Positions 9,836 to 20,412 of a stretch of DNA of 64,000 bases are shown here, in pieces. Position 1 is the first letter of the stretch. Each line of letters begins with the position of its first letter. This DNA comes from a virus (taxonomy: Duplodnaviria > Heunggongvirae > Uroviricota > Caudoviricetes), in IMG/VR virus record IMGVR_UViG_3300028800_000066, positions 8,207-72,206 of that record; one strand, 5' to 3'. The notes under the pieces are model-generated. The model had not been told where the DNA came from, did no database searches, and saw only the letters and a program-made list of their open reading frames with translations. A program made the translations under genes and the position numbers.

Positions 9836-10007
9836 TATTGTTCTCCGATATCGAATTTACGTACCCACACTTATGACATTCAATGTCACCATGTCTAGTC
9901 TTAAGCATATTTAATGTGGCCCCGCACTTTTCACATGTTTTATCAACGATGATTTCGACAATCTCGTTCATCTGTATGTTAGAAATTGCCTTTTTATAGA
10001 AAGCCAT
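9828..10007 (-). CDS. small zinc-ribbon protein (59 aa, missing from the 60-aa ORF track)
   Basis: MAFYKKAISN...CEKCG...CHKCG. GAGGA RBS 6 nt upstream. Translationally coupled to the downstream gene. Confidence 0.4.
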   Translation of the reverse strand: MAFYKKAISNIQMNEIVEIIVDKTCEKCGATLNMLKTRHGDIECHKCGYVNSISENNNV

Positions 10008-10049
10008 GTGTGTCCTCTGCTGTAGTAAATTAATATAAAAATTTGGTAT

Positions 10050-10457
10050 TTATTGATTGTAATTAACGTCTCTACCCCATTGTGTAGAGGCGGAACCGCC
10101 ACCTATACTGCCGGATTCATGGGCAGAAGGAACTGAAGTTGAACCTTCGTCAGTATTGAATAATCCAGTAGTTCTTGGAATTTCTCTGTCACCAAAGGCG
10201 TTTCCTTCGGCAAAATCGGCGGTTGAGAACCTAGCTTTACAATCTTGACAAATTGCCAAACCTTTATCCTTATTTATAAACAAATTAACGGATTTACAGC
10301 TAGGACAAAAATAATCATTCATAGGAGCGCCTGTATAAGCCGCCATCTCCTGTGAATTCCAAGGTGCGTCCGGAGTACTTGTATATGGACCACCCGATGG
10401 AACATTGGGTGCTTGACCGATATATCCCACTCTATCTCTAAAAGATAGTTTTATCAT
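10050..10457 (-). CDS. zinc-ribbon protein
   Basis: CPSCKS..CQDCKARF motif. Confidence 0.5.
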   Translation of the reverse strand: MIKLSFRDRVGYIGQAPNVPSGGPYTSTPDAPWNSQEMAAYTGAPMNDYFCPSCKSVNLFINKDKGLAICQDCKARFSTADFAEGNAFGDREIPRTTGLFNTDEGSTSVPSAHESGSIGGGSASTQWGRDVNYNQ

Positions 10458-10458
10458 A

Positions 10459-10908
10459 TTATAATCCGCGAATATCTATAGGCTGATTCTTTTCTTGCTT
10501 CTTGAAATATGGCTTGTTTTCTTTCTTATACTGTTCGAAGTGTTCTGGGAACTGTTGATAAATATCACGAATTTGAGTTCTGATTTTATCAATTTTTTCC
10601 TTATGCTTTGTTCTAATGTCTGCTGGCAAAGCATTCCAAAATCTATCAGAGATTTCTTTCTTCTGATATCTTTGTCCCAAATCCTTAAACAAATCTTCCA
10701 ATGCTAAATCATGAGCGCGTTGTAAGAACTTTAATCTAACCAAACGTTTATCCTCTACGGGTTTAGCGCCTGGACCCTTTTCTCTTAAAATTTGAGTCGG
10801 GGTCTCGTGTTCATACAATTGTTCTTGCTCTGGAGCAAAAACTGGAGCTTCAAAATTTTCAAATGCAGTTACGGTAAATCCTGATTTATCTCTAGATGAA
10901 AGTTTCAT
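10459..10908 (-). CDS. hypothetical protein
   Basis: Start moved to the internal Met preceded by AAGGAAAA. The track start overlapped the portal gene by 59 nt. Confidence 0.5.
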   Translation of the reverse strand: MKLSSRDKSGFTVTAFENFEAPVFAPEQEQLYEHETPTQILREKGPGAKPVEDKRLVRLKFLQRAHDLALEDLFKDLGQRYQKKEISDRFWNALPADIRTKHKEKIDKIRTQIRDIYQQFPEHFEQYKKENKPYFKKQEKNQPIDIRGL

Positions 10909-10924
10909 GATTTTTCCTTTTATA

Positions 10925-12574
10925 TTAAACTGCTGGTGCTTCTCCACCAGGGGCACCAGCGGCTTCGCCACCAATGTCACCAAGGGCGTCTAGACCTGTT
11001 GGTTCTGCGCCTTCAGCGCCTTCACCACCCATGTCTCCACCCATGTCTCCACCCATGTCTCCACCAAAATCTGGGCCACCGCCCTCTTCTGGAGCTTTCT
11101 TTTCTGGACCAGCCTTGCTTTGGTCCTTCTTAACGCTCTCTGAAACATTGATGTTATCAGGGCCAGTGTATGGAAGTTCCTGTTTGTAACCAATTTCCTT
11201 GAATATAGGAATTTCTCTGTTCATCTGGTCAACTTCTTCATCCAATGATAAATCAAGAGTCTTCAACAATGTTCCGACTGAAGCCTTACCTTCCTTGACC
11301 AAGTTTTCAATCGACTGCTGGTATTCACGATTATTCTTAAGATTAATCTTGTCCCAATTTACTTTAGGAATAATTAATTCAGTCTTGCCACCAACAATCT
11401 TTTCAAATCCCTGAAGTTTACAAATGGGTCTGAAAATTTTGATTTCAAGCCACTTCTCAATCAAAGTTCTGAATGATACATATCTCTGTTGTAATACTTC
11501 AAGGGCAACTGATGCATTAGCATAAGTTGGTCCCTCGGAGTGTGTGAAAGCCTTCGATGTGAACAAACCTGTCAACACACGGTCTTCAATTCTGTCCATC
11601 TCGCCGTCAAGAGGCAATATGACGCCTGTTGAGCCAACATATTGAACTTCAAGTCCTGGGTGAGTTACTAAAGTGAAATTTGGGTCATAAGTAGCTTGTT
11701 CTAACATCTCACGGAACGCCACAAGGTCATCGGATGTTGGACGATATGTACCGTCAGCAGTACCGACCTTGAAAATCTTAAGTGGTGTAATGTGGTTATC
11801 CGCGATTGAGAACTGTGCTTCACGGAGCTTGTCACGATACATCAAGTCCTTGAACACACGAGTTAATATAGAAGTACCACGAACATCATAAGGTGAGTTC
11901 TTACGAGCCAAATGCGATACGTATCTCTGACTTAGAGGAATATTCTTGCCAGCATAAACATAAGCAAGAACTTCTGGGTCAATCTGACCTCTAAGAGCTA
12001 CATCATCTGGATTTGTAGATGTGACCAAACGTTTTAATTCATCGTCTGGAATAAGTGAAATCATCGAAGTGGTAAGAACGTTTGATTTGACTTCGATATA
12101 ATCTGGATTCTGAATGATAATCTTTGACCATTCTCCTATGTTCAAATCCAATTCAGCATAAGGGAATACTTCACCGATAATGTTAAATTCTTTACCAATG
12201 TCATAGATTATAGATGAGAAATTCAACCTATCCAACATTTGATTAAAGAATTTTGTAATTGCTGGGTCGGATGACTTAACGCCGAAAGCTGAAAGTGGGT
12301 AAGTTGAGTGAAGGTCGAGAGCGTTACCAACCCAAGGGTCGGTTGCATAGTAATGTCTTGCCCAAGCATTAACTTCACGCCTGTCTCTCGGCAACATTAA
12401 ATTCGACTCTTCATAGAATGGCGAGAAGGGTCTCGGCGTAATTCTTACAACTTGTGAATTAGCCATACGAGTCATTCCACCTGTGGGAATCACTGAATTT
12501 CTATTCATAGAACCATTCTTGCTGATGGACCTTTGAATAGACCTACTGTTATCCATACTTATTCTGTTAAACAT
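10925..12574 (-). CDS. putative portal protein
   Basis: 549 aa, immediately downstream of the terminase region. C-terminal GGDMGGDMGGDMGG repeat tail. Assignment by position and size only. Confidence 0.5.
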   Translation of the reverse strand: MFNRISMDNSRSIQRSISKNGSMNRNSVIPTGGMTRMANSQVVRITPRPFSPFYEESNLMLPRDRREVNAWARHYYATDPWVGNALDLHSTYPLSAFGVKSSDPAITKFFNQMLDRLNFSSIIYDIGKEFNIIGEVFPYAELDLNIGEWSKIIIQNPDYIEVKSNVLTTSMISLIPDDELKRLVTSTNPDDVALRGQIDPEVLAYVYAGKNIPLSQRYVSHLARKNSPYDVRGTSILTRVFKDLMYRDKLREAQFSIADNHITPLKIFKVGTADGTYRPTSDDLVAFREMLEQATYDPNFTLVTHPGLEVQYVGSTGVILPLDGEMDRIEDRVLTGLFTSKAFTHSEGPTYANASVALEVLQQRYVSFRTLIEKWLEIKIFRPICKLQGFEKIVGGKTELIIPKVNWDKINLKNNREYQQSIENLVKEGKASVGTLLKTLDLSLDEEVDQMNREIPIFKEIGYKQELPYTGPDNINVSESVKKDQSKAGPEKKAPEEGGGPDFGGDMGGDMGGDMGGEGAEGAEPTGLDALGDIGGEAAGAPGGEAPAV

Positions 12575-12576
12575 CT

Positions 12577-13374
12577 TTACTCTCCAATCTTATCTATCAT
12601 ACGCAATATCGGGTCTTTACTAAACTCTACTAATAGTTCAGAACTTATAACTCTAAATTTTTCTACTGAGCTAATGCGTGTTTTCAAAGAACTTATTGCG
12701 CTTTTGTCTAGAATTTCTGAAGCTACTTGATATTCTTTAAAGTTTTTAATGTAATCGATGTAATAATTGATATTGGAAGTTGGTTTGGCGATTGATATTT
12801 TAGAGTGAGTCAAATACGTGTCGTAAACTTCCTGGTCATCAATGTTTAGCTTTGAAGCAATCTTCTTATAATCTAACTCACTAATAGAAGAATTGTGTTG
12901 AATCTTAGAGGTAATATCAAGTGCTGTAGAAAGCGTAATCGAATCTGAGTCTCCAGCAATTGAAGTCGTTATAAAATTGGAAACATATACACAATCTTTA
13001 GCAATCTCATTGGCTATGTGTTGTGTTACATTTTCAAGTGGGAGCTTAGCCAGATATGCATAACGTCCATCACAGAAATCCTCTAGTGTGGCGCAAACAT
13101 ATTTTCCACCCTTGGCACTGGAAAATTCGACTTGAAGGCCCTTATCTTTAATGGCCTTCTTCTGTTCAACAACAACTTCAAAACTCTCACCAGATTGGTC
13201 ATTTACTCCAATAGCGTTAGCCTTTCCATCTGTATCGTTTACCATGTTATTGTTGAAAGAATTTTGTTGATTTATACTTTGTTGGTCTTTCATCTGTTGA
13301 ACGAATTGATGCTGAGGAACCATTTCTCCAGCACCAGCCGTCACAAAATCATTTAACCAATTAGGGAGGGTCAT
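12577..13374 (-). CDS. hypothetical protein
   Basis: Start moved to Met22 with a perfect AAGGAG RBS. Removes the overlap with the terminase 3' end. Confidence 0.5.
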   Translation of the reverse strand: MTLPNWLNDFVTAGAGEMVPQHQFVQQMKDQQSINQQNSFNNNMVNDTDGKANAIGVNDQSGESFEVVVEQKKAIKDKGLQVEFSSAKGGKYVCATLEDFCDGRYAYLAKLPLENVTQHIANEIAKDCVYVSNFITTSIAGDSDSITLSTALDITSKIQHNSSISELDYKKIASKLNIDDQEVYDTYLTHSKISIAKPTSNINYYIDYIKNFKEYQVASEILDKSAISSLKTRISSVEKFRVISSELLVEFSKDPILRMIDKIGE

Positions 13375-13387
13375 TACGTACTCCTTA

Positions 13388-15133
13388 TTATCTTCTAAAT
13401 ATATTAGGGAACATTGGAGAATTAGTTGGACCACCAATGCGTGTTGGTTTACCTGAAAAACTTGATGTTACTATTTTTGGCAATCCCAAGTTCATTGATT
13501 GACCACCAAAATTTGGACCAAGGCCAGTTTCACCAAGCTGAACAACTGAGGCGATGTATGCATAATTCAAGCTATGCAAGGCGTCATTAGGTTCTTCATT
13601 TTTAAATTTTTCATAGCTCTTTAATATGTTGCCAGTTCTTTCTGAATACTTTAATTCCATATTACAAATCTGTTTGATGAACCAACTGACTTTTTCAGGT
13701 TCTCTAAATGGAATTATTAAATTACCTCGTTTGATAACTTCGACCAAATCTTCAATGAAAGAATTTCTATCGACGGACAACTGCCAAGTGTCGTTATCAT
13801 ATTTAAGTTTATTTTTAATATTGGTGGAGTAGAAGCAAGATTTTACCTTATTCTGCCAAGTCTTTTGTAGCTTCTGGCACTGTGGTCCACCAAATCCAAT
13901 GTCGGCAACAACTGACGAACAATTATATAATCTAATCATGTCCGATATATACTGAACTTGTTTTTCCCAATCTGGATTCATCAGTCTTTCTGTATTTTCT
14001 AATGTATATTGACCAGTAGCGCGGTCCTTGCTTAGGATGGTCATTACGGTGTAAGCGCCCTTGTCTTTAATATCATTTCTTCCACCCCAGTCAAGACCCA
14101 TGAAGGTTTGTTTTGGTGGCTGAACTGATTTGGAAAGAGACATGTTTCTATAAGGCTCAGCGCAACGATTGGCAACCTCTTCTTCGGTGAGCGGTCTTCC
14201 GGCTCCGGAATAGAATTCTCCGAGCACCTCGTTTTTGAATCTTTCTTCAGAGTATTCAATCTGTCTAAGATTGATTTGCTCTCTAGTGATTCTTGGAGAA
14301 AGAAGCTGAGATACATGGAAGCCCACACGCTCTGTACCAAACTTAGATGGAATCCACTTTCCGTCCTTCATGATAATGCGTTTGTCGCTCATCTTCTTAC
14401 ACTTGGGACATTCGACCATGAATCCAGTCTTAAAGTTATCTAATGTAATCTGAAAATAATGTGAACAAGAAGGACACTTTAAATGGAAATATCTTCTGTC
14501 AGATGACATCCACAAAGTATCAAATTTGGAACCCGCTAACTTTGGTGTACCAAATGAGAAATCAATTTTATAGTCAGAAGCATCAAGACATGAATTGGTG
14601 TTAGCAATAGCGTCTGAAGTCCAGTCCTGGAATTCATCTCTGGAAAGCATGTCGGCTGGAATACCACGCAAGGCGTCAGCCTGTCCCCATGCTGAGTAAA
14701 TATAATAATGATTTTCGTTTGCGAATTCGATGGACGATACCGTATCTGAACCAGTTTTGTTTTTCAACTTCTCAAGTTTCGGTATTCTATCAATTTTTTG
14801 ACTTGTTCTAATCGACTGTTGTAAACGGTCTTTCGAATAACGTGAAGCCTGTTCGCTTCTTGGAAAAGCGTGAAGAACTGTAAAGTCAGAATAATTCTTC
14901 AAGAAATATAATGATATGTTGAGGGCTGTTTCGGTCATTTCAACCTGACGGCCCTTACATATAACAATTGGCTTATGTTCAATCATCGAACCTATGCAAG
15001 CATATCTATACAAATCGACTAAGTATTCTCTGCCAGTACCGATGATTTTAAAATTCTTACCCTTTACTGTTCTATGTGTTTCAATAAAATAGATGGGGTC
15101 CAAATTAAGTGCTGTATCCAGTAAACTTTCCAT
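13388..15133 (-). CDS. terminase large subunit
   Basis: Walker-A-like CKGRQVEMTET. Large size. Adjacent to portal. Start moved to Met16 (GGAAGGG RBS). Confidence 0.7.
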   Translation of the reverse strand: MESLLDTALNLDPIYFIETHRTVKGKNFKIIGTGREYLVDLYRYACIGSMIEHKPIVICKGRQVEMTETALNISLYFLKNYSDFTVLHAFPRSEQASRYSKDRLQQSIRTSQKIDRIPKLEKLKNKTGSDTVSSIEFANENHYYIYSAWGQADALRGIPADMLSRDEFQDWTSDAIANTNSCLDASDYKIDFSFGTPKLAGSKFDTLWMSSDRRYFHLKCPSCSHYFQITLDNFKTGFMVECPKCKKMSDKRIIMKDGKWIPSKFGTERVGFHVSQLLSPRITREQINLRQIEYSEERFKNEVLGEFYSGAGRPLTEEEVANRCAEPYRNMSLSKSVQPPKQTFMGLDWGGRNDIKDKGAYTVMTILSKDRATGQYTLENTERLMNPDWEKQVQYISDMIRLYNCSSVVADIGFGGPQCQKLQKTWQNKVKSCFYSTNIKNKLKYDNDTWQLSVDRNSFIEDLVEVIKRGNLIIPFREPEKVSWFIKQICNMELKYSERTGNILKSYEKFKNEEPNDALHSLNYAYIASVVQLGETGLGPNFGGQSMNLGLPKIVTSSFSGKPTRIGGPTNSPMFPNIFRR

Positions 15134-15411
15134 ATACCCTTCCAAATCTATACTGCGCCACACTATAGTTAGTAGCATGACGCAGTATAATTTATTCTGT
15201 CATACTCATTATAACAAATCAAATGTCAATTTGTTATATTATTTTGACATTAATTATTGATGCTTGTGGAACTGTAAAGCTCTCATTGCGGCATGGGCAT
15301 CACCACAAGAATCGTGATGACTTAAAACCTTTCCGCTATGACTATCTAAAACCACCCATTTTCCGCCGCGATTCTTAATAAATTCAGTCTCGTGGCATGG
15401 ACCATCAGCTT

Positions 15412-16260
15412 TTATTGTTTTTTTTTACCAGCAAGAGCCTTGAGTTCATTTAATCTTCTGGCTGATGCATTAGCTGGCTTCTCGCCCTTTGGAATTCTCT
15501 GCATTTCAACCTTCAATTCAAACTCCTTGCCCTTTGGTCCCATTACCTTCTTGGTCTCTGCGGCGGCTCCTTCGAACCACTTCTGCTCCCAAGGGCGGCT
15601 ATCCTGACCACCTGGGGCGGTTGTCTCCATTGGCTTGTGAGGATAGGCCATTTCTTTTTGATAGCCCAACTTGGATGGGTCATTAGCTGTAATCTCGCCC
15701 TCTTTGGTTGGCTCTGTATTTCCCTGGAACCAAGCCTTCTTGTCGGCCTTAAGAGAAGCTTCCTCTTTCTTCTTCTCTTCGGTCTTGGCTTCGCCATCGC
15801 CTTCCTTCTTCTTGCCCTCTCTCTCTTCCTTCTTCTTATCCAAATAAGCTTTGAATCCTGGATTCATTCCACCAGCAGTCTTGGTCTCGGTAGAAGCGGC
15901 TGTGACACCTTCTGGGCTTTCCTTAACAAGTTTGTGGCCTGGAACTTCCTTATTGCCAGGAATTTCATCGGCTACTGAACAAGTTGAACAAGCTGGAGTT
16001 GCTGGCTCTGCTGTGGCTTTGACCAAAGCTAAAGCGGCGGTTTTGATAACTCCAATTTCGGAAGCGGTAAGACCAGTTCTCTGGCTCAAATCGGCAAGAG
16101 CAGAATCAAGTGATGGGAAATAATCCTCACCAACTGCCTCCAAAACGTCATGTGCATATTCATCGGTCAAGGATGCGGCTAACTTGGTATTGTTTGTTAG
16201 CTCGTTAATCCAAGATTTCTTTGACCATGCTTCCTGATTTTCTGATATAATTTTAGACAT
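15412..16260 (-). CDS. hypothetical protein with C-terminal copy of the shared WFQG/PHKPMETTAPGGQDSRPW domain (terminase-proximal)
   Basis: C-terminal 88 aa nearly identical to the N-terminus of ORF 4176..6083. Lys/Glu-rich linker. Position upstream of TerL would fit a small-terminase or DNA-binding role (inference). Confidence 0.5.
   Translation of the reverse strand: MSKIISENQEAWSKKSWINELTNNTKLAASLTDEYAHDVLEAVGEDYFPSLDSALADLSQRTGLTASEIGVIKTAALALVKATAEPATPACSTCSVADEIPGNKEVPGHKLVKESPEGVTAASTETKTAGGMNPGFKAYLDKKKEEREGKKKEGDGEAKTEEKKKEEASLKADKKAWFQGNTEPTKEGEITANDPSKLGYQKEMAYPHKPMETTAPGGQDSRPWEQKWFEGAAAETKKVMGPKGKEFELKVEMQRIPKGEKPANASARRLNELKALAGKKKQ
15493..15741. repeat. about 250-bp dispersed repeat (copy B)
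   Basis: See 5799..6062. Confidence 0.8.
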
Positions 16261-16738
16261 TGTGTTTCTCCTCTTTATGATTTTGAGCTACTGCTCTTAA
16301 ATTTGGTTCTTCTTGCGTAACTGGTGCTTGTTCGACTTGCGGTTGAGCCGTACCATCCAAGAAATTAAGTGGGTTTGGGTTGGCAACTTGCGTCTTATAC
16401 TTTTCTTCCACTAATTTTCTAGTATTATCATCGTACTGTGTTGCTCCCATGAATTGTCTTAGGTGGTGGAACAATCTAGCCGATATGATATCCTGTTTAA
16501 ATCCCAACTCTAACAGAATTCCTGCAAACATCTTTCTTCTTGGCGATTTCCATGTTTCCTTAATTAAATCAACTAGCGCCATTTCTGCTTCATTTGGGTC
16601 AGTATGTTTCGCCTTAATTTCCTCAATAGCCTTTTGAGCTTTCTTCATTTGATGTTTACTTCTTAAAGCCATTAACAAATAAGGGTCAACACCTAGTTCT
16701 GCTATGTATACTTTTCTAAATTCATAAGGATTAATCAT
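16253..16738 (-). CDS. hypothetical protein
   Basis: ORF, coding strand. Confidence 0.5.
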   Translation of the reverse strand: MINPYEFRKVYIAELGVDPYLLMALRSKHQMKKAQKAIEEIKAKHTDPNEAEMALVDLIKETWKSPRRKMFAGILLELGFKQDIISARLFHHLRQFMGATQYDDNTRKLVEEKYKTQVANPNPLNFLDGTAQPQVEQAPVTQEEPNLRAVAQNHKEEKHNV

Positions 16739-17061
16739 TTATTGTCCTCTTTTATAGCATCAGCGAGACCGTCTAAATCGATTGCATATGATAAAGCGTG
16801 ATGTTTCTTAAAGTGATTTATTATGTCAATTCTTTCAGAGAATGTATCACCCTCAAGCTTATCGATGATAAATAGAGGGTTAAGTTTTTTGTTATCTTTT
16901 CTGAAATAGAAGGTCATTAAAAAATTCTTCTTATCAGTCAAAGAACTTGCATATTCAGGTTTCAAGTATTTATAGCCATCGAAACTCGCTTTTGCTTGTT
17001 CTATATATACAACATATTTCTTCTCAAAATCAGAACTTTCGTTTAAAAAGTCCTTAGACAT
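16735..17061 (-). CDS. hypothetical protein
   Basis: ORF, coding strand. Confidence 0.45.
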   Translation of the reverse strand: MSKDFLNESSDFEKKYVVYIEQAKASFDGYKYLKPEYASSLTDKKNFLMTFYFRKDNKKLNPLFIIDKLEGDTFSERIDIINHFKKHHALSYAIDLDGLADAIKEDNK

Positions 17062-17063
17062 AA

Positions 17064-18752
17064 TTAAATTCCTTGCTGAGTAGGTTCGGCTTCTTCAATT
17101 CCTTCAGGGGATATCGCCTGTTCACTGGAATCGCCAACGCCTTCTTCCACGTTGATTTCTGGATTAGCTATTTCTTCTTCCAATTTTTCTTCTTTCTTCT
17201 CTAGCTTCTCCTTGCCTTTTGTTGCTTCCTTAATTTTGTTCAACTCTCCATCAATCATATTTCTTACCTTATCGTATTTTGCGATTCCATTAAGGTCAAT
17301 CTTGATGTTTGGATTGAAAACAACTGCTTCCAATTCCTTCTTAAGTTGATTATAATATTCCTCTGCTTTGTTGATTGAGAGCATGTTCTGGATTTCCCAC
17401 TGTGGTCCTTCCTTAGCCATTTGCATAAGTTCAGAAGGAGATGGGGTTACTTCTACATTAACCTGTCCAGCATCGCCACCCATGTCATCACCCTCTTCAA
17501 CTGTTAAATCCTCAGCTCCGGCTTCTGGAACTTCTGGTTCTTCAACTGTCAAATCTGGGGCGGGAGCGGCTTCAGCAGGAGCGGCGGCTCCAGCTTCGGC
17601 TGGAAGTGACTCAAGGCCACCAGCATCCTGGGCAGTTCTAATAGATGCCGTGACTGGTCCATGTTGTTCATGCTCAAGTGCTCTGTATTCTGGCATATAT
17701 TTTTGAATCATTGGCTCAAGCTTGTGCCAATCAATGTTTGGAAAATGGTTTCCGCTAATCTTGTGGAAAATGTTTTCCAATGGAACGGAACCGTTATTCT
17801 TTTTATAAGATTCAATTGCCTTCTGTAAAGCCTTCTGTAAGAACGATAATTCTTCCTGGGAAATTCTTGTTCCGAGAGCGGCTGTTACAATTTTGGCAAA
17901 CGAAGCTTCGTGCTTTTGTGGATAAGGAATTCCAGCCAAACCGAAACCTTCCTCCAAGTCAGCAATTTCTTCATCATGTCTCTGGTCTTCGTGTTCATCA
18001 CCAGCATCACCAGTCCAAATAGCGGTCTTCATGCTTGCGCCTACTGGATTCAATCCCTTTGGCTCAACATGGGCTAGTGGAGCGTAATCTGGAATATACT
18101 TTTGGATTAGTGGAGTAATAGCGTTCCAATTTACATTCTCAAATCCGTTTCCGGCAACTTCATGGAAAATTTCTTCAAATGGCTTTTTTGCACCAGACTG
18201 TTCTCTCTGCTTGTAAACTTCTACAGCCTTCTTAAATGCTTTCTGAAAAAAAGTTTCTGGAATATCAAATCCCTCATCAGCACCCAAAGCTGTAATTACA
18301 TTCTGAGCAGTATTCATTGAAGCAATGACTGGCTCAAGTTCTGGATTTACAGAAATAATCTCTTCGTCAGTTGCAAAGGCTCTGAGTTTTTCAACTTGGT
18401 CAAATAATTCAAAATTACTTTGGTCATCGGCAGTTACGGTTCTACCCTTTTGAGAAGCATAATAGTTGGTTCCCTGATTGGTGTCTAAGCCTTCAGTTCC
18501 AATTCCTTCTCCCCATCCATTTGACCAATAATTCTTGAAATCTCCATTCTGAACCATACCAAAATCTTGAAGAACGGACATAACCAAGAAAATATCTTTC
18601 TTATTTAACTCGGCAACTTTAATAGCTTCTCGAACAGCATTTCTCAATGAGATGCCATCCGAAACTACCCTAGTGATAATTTTTGCGGCCAATGCCTCTT
18701 GGAGGCTGGTGTTCCTAGGATAATAAGCTGTTTTGATAAGATTTTTAGACAT
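17064..18752 (-). CDS. hypothetical protein with internal tandem domain duplication
   Basis: Two about 75-aa repeats (FQKAFKKAVEVYKQ...IQKYIPDY vs LQKALQKAIESYKK...IQKYMPEY). Acidic Glu-rich C-terminus. Confidence 0.55.
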   Translation of the reverse strand: MSKNLIKTAYYPRNTSLQEALAAKIITRVVSDGISLRNAVREAIKVAELNKKDIFLVMSVLQDFGMVQNGDFKNYWSNGWGEGIGTEGLDTNQGTNYYASQKGRTVTADDQSNFELFDQVEKLRAFATDEEIISVNPELEPVIASMNTAQNVITALGADEGFDIPETFFQKAFKKAVEVYKQREQSGAKKPFEEIFHEVAGNGFENVNWNAITPLIQKYIPDYAPLAHVEPKGLNPVGASMKTAIWTGDAGDEHEDQRHDEEIADLEEGFGLAGIPYPQKHEASFAKIVTAALGTRISQEELSFLQKALQKAIESYKKNNGSVPLENIFHKISGNHFPNIDWHKLEPMIQKYMPEYRALEHEQHGPVTASIRTAQDAGGLESLPAEAGAAAPAEAAPAPDLTVEEPEVPEAGAEDLTVEEGDDMGGDAGQVNVEVTPSPSELMQMAKEGPQWEIQNMLSINKAEEYYNQLKKELEAVVFNPNIKIDLNGIAKYDKVRNMIDGELNKIKEATKGKEKLEKKEEKLEEEIANPEINVEEGVGDSSEQAISPEGIEEAEPTQQGI

Positions 18753-18763
18753 TTCAAGCTCCT

Positions 18764-19621
18764 TTAATTATTGGGAAGGTTTGGGTCAGGATTGACTTCA
18801 ACTTCCACAATATGTTCTTGCGTATTTTCATTCGTATCATCTCTTACATCAGCTTCCACATCTTCTGGAGTCGGTAGAGATGTTGTTATATTAATTGTTG
18901 TATCAGAACCGTTATTTATTTCAATCTTAAGTCCAGAACTTACGCCAGCACTTACATCAGCTTTGGCGGCTTCCTCTCTCATGATTTCCCAAAATCTTGC
19001 AACCTTGGAAGCATCAATTTCCATCAAAATTCTTTTTATTGCATTCTTAACAATATCACTTTCTTGTTGAGCCTGATTTATATTGATGGTTGTGTTTCCA
19101 ATTGCTTCTTTCTTGGCCCTATCTAGGGAATCTGTATAAGCTTTAATGAATGAATTACTAGCACTTTCGGCACGACCAAGAAGCTTTTCCAACACTTCAT
19201 AATTTCTTGGGATGAAAACTGCTCTTCCCTGGTCATCTACTGTCTGCTCCTTTATAAGCTTGACAGCATTCTCGGTCTCTGTTATAATTTGCTTGAAGGA
19301 GTTCACTACATTATCAACTTCTTCTTTTTGTTTGTTCTTAGCATCTATAAAATCCTTGGCGGCTGTGAAAGTCGTTAGGACATTAGCATCATGAGTTTTA
19401 CCAAGAGCTAGGAATTCATTTCTTTTTTGATTAATAGTAAGTCTATCTAGACCAAGAATGTTCTTTCTATAATACTGCAAAGAAACCTTAGAGGTCTGTT
19501 CTCTCTTGTCTTTTCTAGTTTGTCTTAACCAAGCGGCAACTTCTTCGGCGGTATGTCCATTATTGAACATTTCATCGATTTGCGGCTTTGCTGGATGTGA
19601 AATTACTGACTCGCCTAACAT
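18764..19621 (-). CDS. coiled-coil hypothetical protein
   Basis: ORF, coding strand. Confidence 0.5.
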   Translation of the reverse strand: MLGESVISHPAKPQIDEMFNNGHTAEEVAAWLRQTRKDKREQTSKVSLQYYRKNILGLDRLTINQKRNEFLALGKTHDANVLTTFTAAKDFIDAKNKQKEEVDNVVNSFKQIITETENAVKLIKEQTVDDQGRAVFIPRNYEVLEKLLGRAESASNSFIKAYTDSLDRAKKEAIGNTTININQAQQESDIVKNAIKRILMEIDASKVARFWEIMREEAAKADVSAGVSSGLKIEINNGSDTTINITTSLPTPEDVEADVRDDTNENTQEHIVEVEVNPDPNLPNN

Positions 19622-19636
19622 ATAATTACCTCTTCT

Positions 19637-19897
19637 TTACTTTGGGCCCTGTTCCATCTTTTCAATGACGGTTTTGATAACCTTTTTAGTTTCTGAATCC
19701 ACTGGATAGTTTCTGTCCTTAAACTGAGCGGCAATACCTGATTCATCCTTAAAACCTAATCCATACATTTCTTCTGCCAAATTTGCGGCATTGAAATTGT
19801 TCTGGAAGGTTCTAGAATATTCAGCATTAAAACTTTCTGGGTCATATTTTCCTTCCATGACCTCTTCTGTATCTCTCGATGATAGTTTGATTTTCAT
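19637..19897 (-). CDS. hypothetical protein
   Basis: ORF. Confidence 0.4.
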   Translation of the reverse strand: MKIKLSSRDTEEVMEGKYDPESFNAEYSRTFQNNFNAANLAEEMYGLGFKDESGIAAQFKDRNYPVDSETKKVIKTVIEKMEQGPK

Positions 19898-19908
19898 ATT
19901 ATCCTCTG

Positions 19909-20400
19909 TTATCTTTCTTCTATTTTAAGATGACACTTTTTACATTCTGAAATTGTTCTACCACGTCTGTCTTCATATTGGTCCCAATCGTGCTGGCAAT
20001 GCTGTTGTTCCCAAGTTCTTTCCTGAGGTTCGTCGCCTCTTTGTGGTCCACGATATTTGGGTTTGTAAGATGGTTTGTAGGCTGGCTTAACAATCGGAGC
20101 GGTTTTGTTTAAATCTGCTTCATTTACATAAACCTTTTGGTCTCCATCTAAAACAACCAAGAACAATCTTCCTTTTTCTATTGTTGAATTTCCTTGAGTA
20201 TCTATAACCGTTATATCTTTCGGAAACTTGCTCGGGCCTTCCCAAATCACCTTACCTTTGGTTCCGGCCTTGATTTCAATTCCCTTAGTGATTAGGTCTC
20301 TATTGAATTCAACGATATCGAACTTGTTGATACGGTTGTCTGCACGGATTTCAGCGGATTGTTTGTTGAGAGATGCCAAAATTTTCTTTCTGTAATCCAT
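19909..20400 (-). CDS. hypothetical protein (C-terminal CxxC)
   Basis: ORF. Confidence 0.45.
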   Translation of the reverse strand: MDYRKKILASLNKQSAEIRADNRINKFDIVEFNRDLITKGIEIKAGTKGKVIWEGPSKFPKDITVIDTQGNSTIEKGRLFLVVLDGDQKVYVNEADLNKTAPIVKPAYKPSYKPKYRGPQRGDEPQERTWEQQHCQHDWDQYEDRRGRTISECKKCHLKIEER

Positions 20401-20412
20401 GTTTAACTCCGT

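Noticed and set aside
15208-15229. TTGACA and TATAAT hexamers upstream of terminase gene
   Set aside because: Spacer is only 10 nt, which is not a functional sigma70 promoter. I could not find a correctly spaced pair here.
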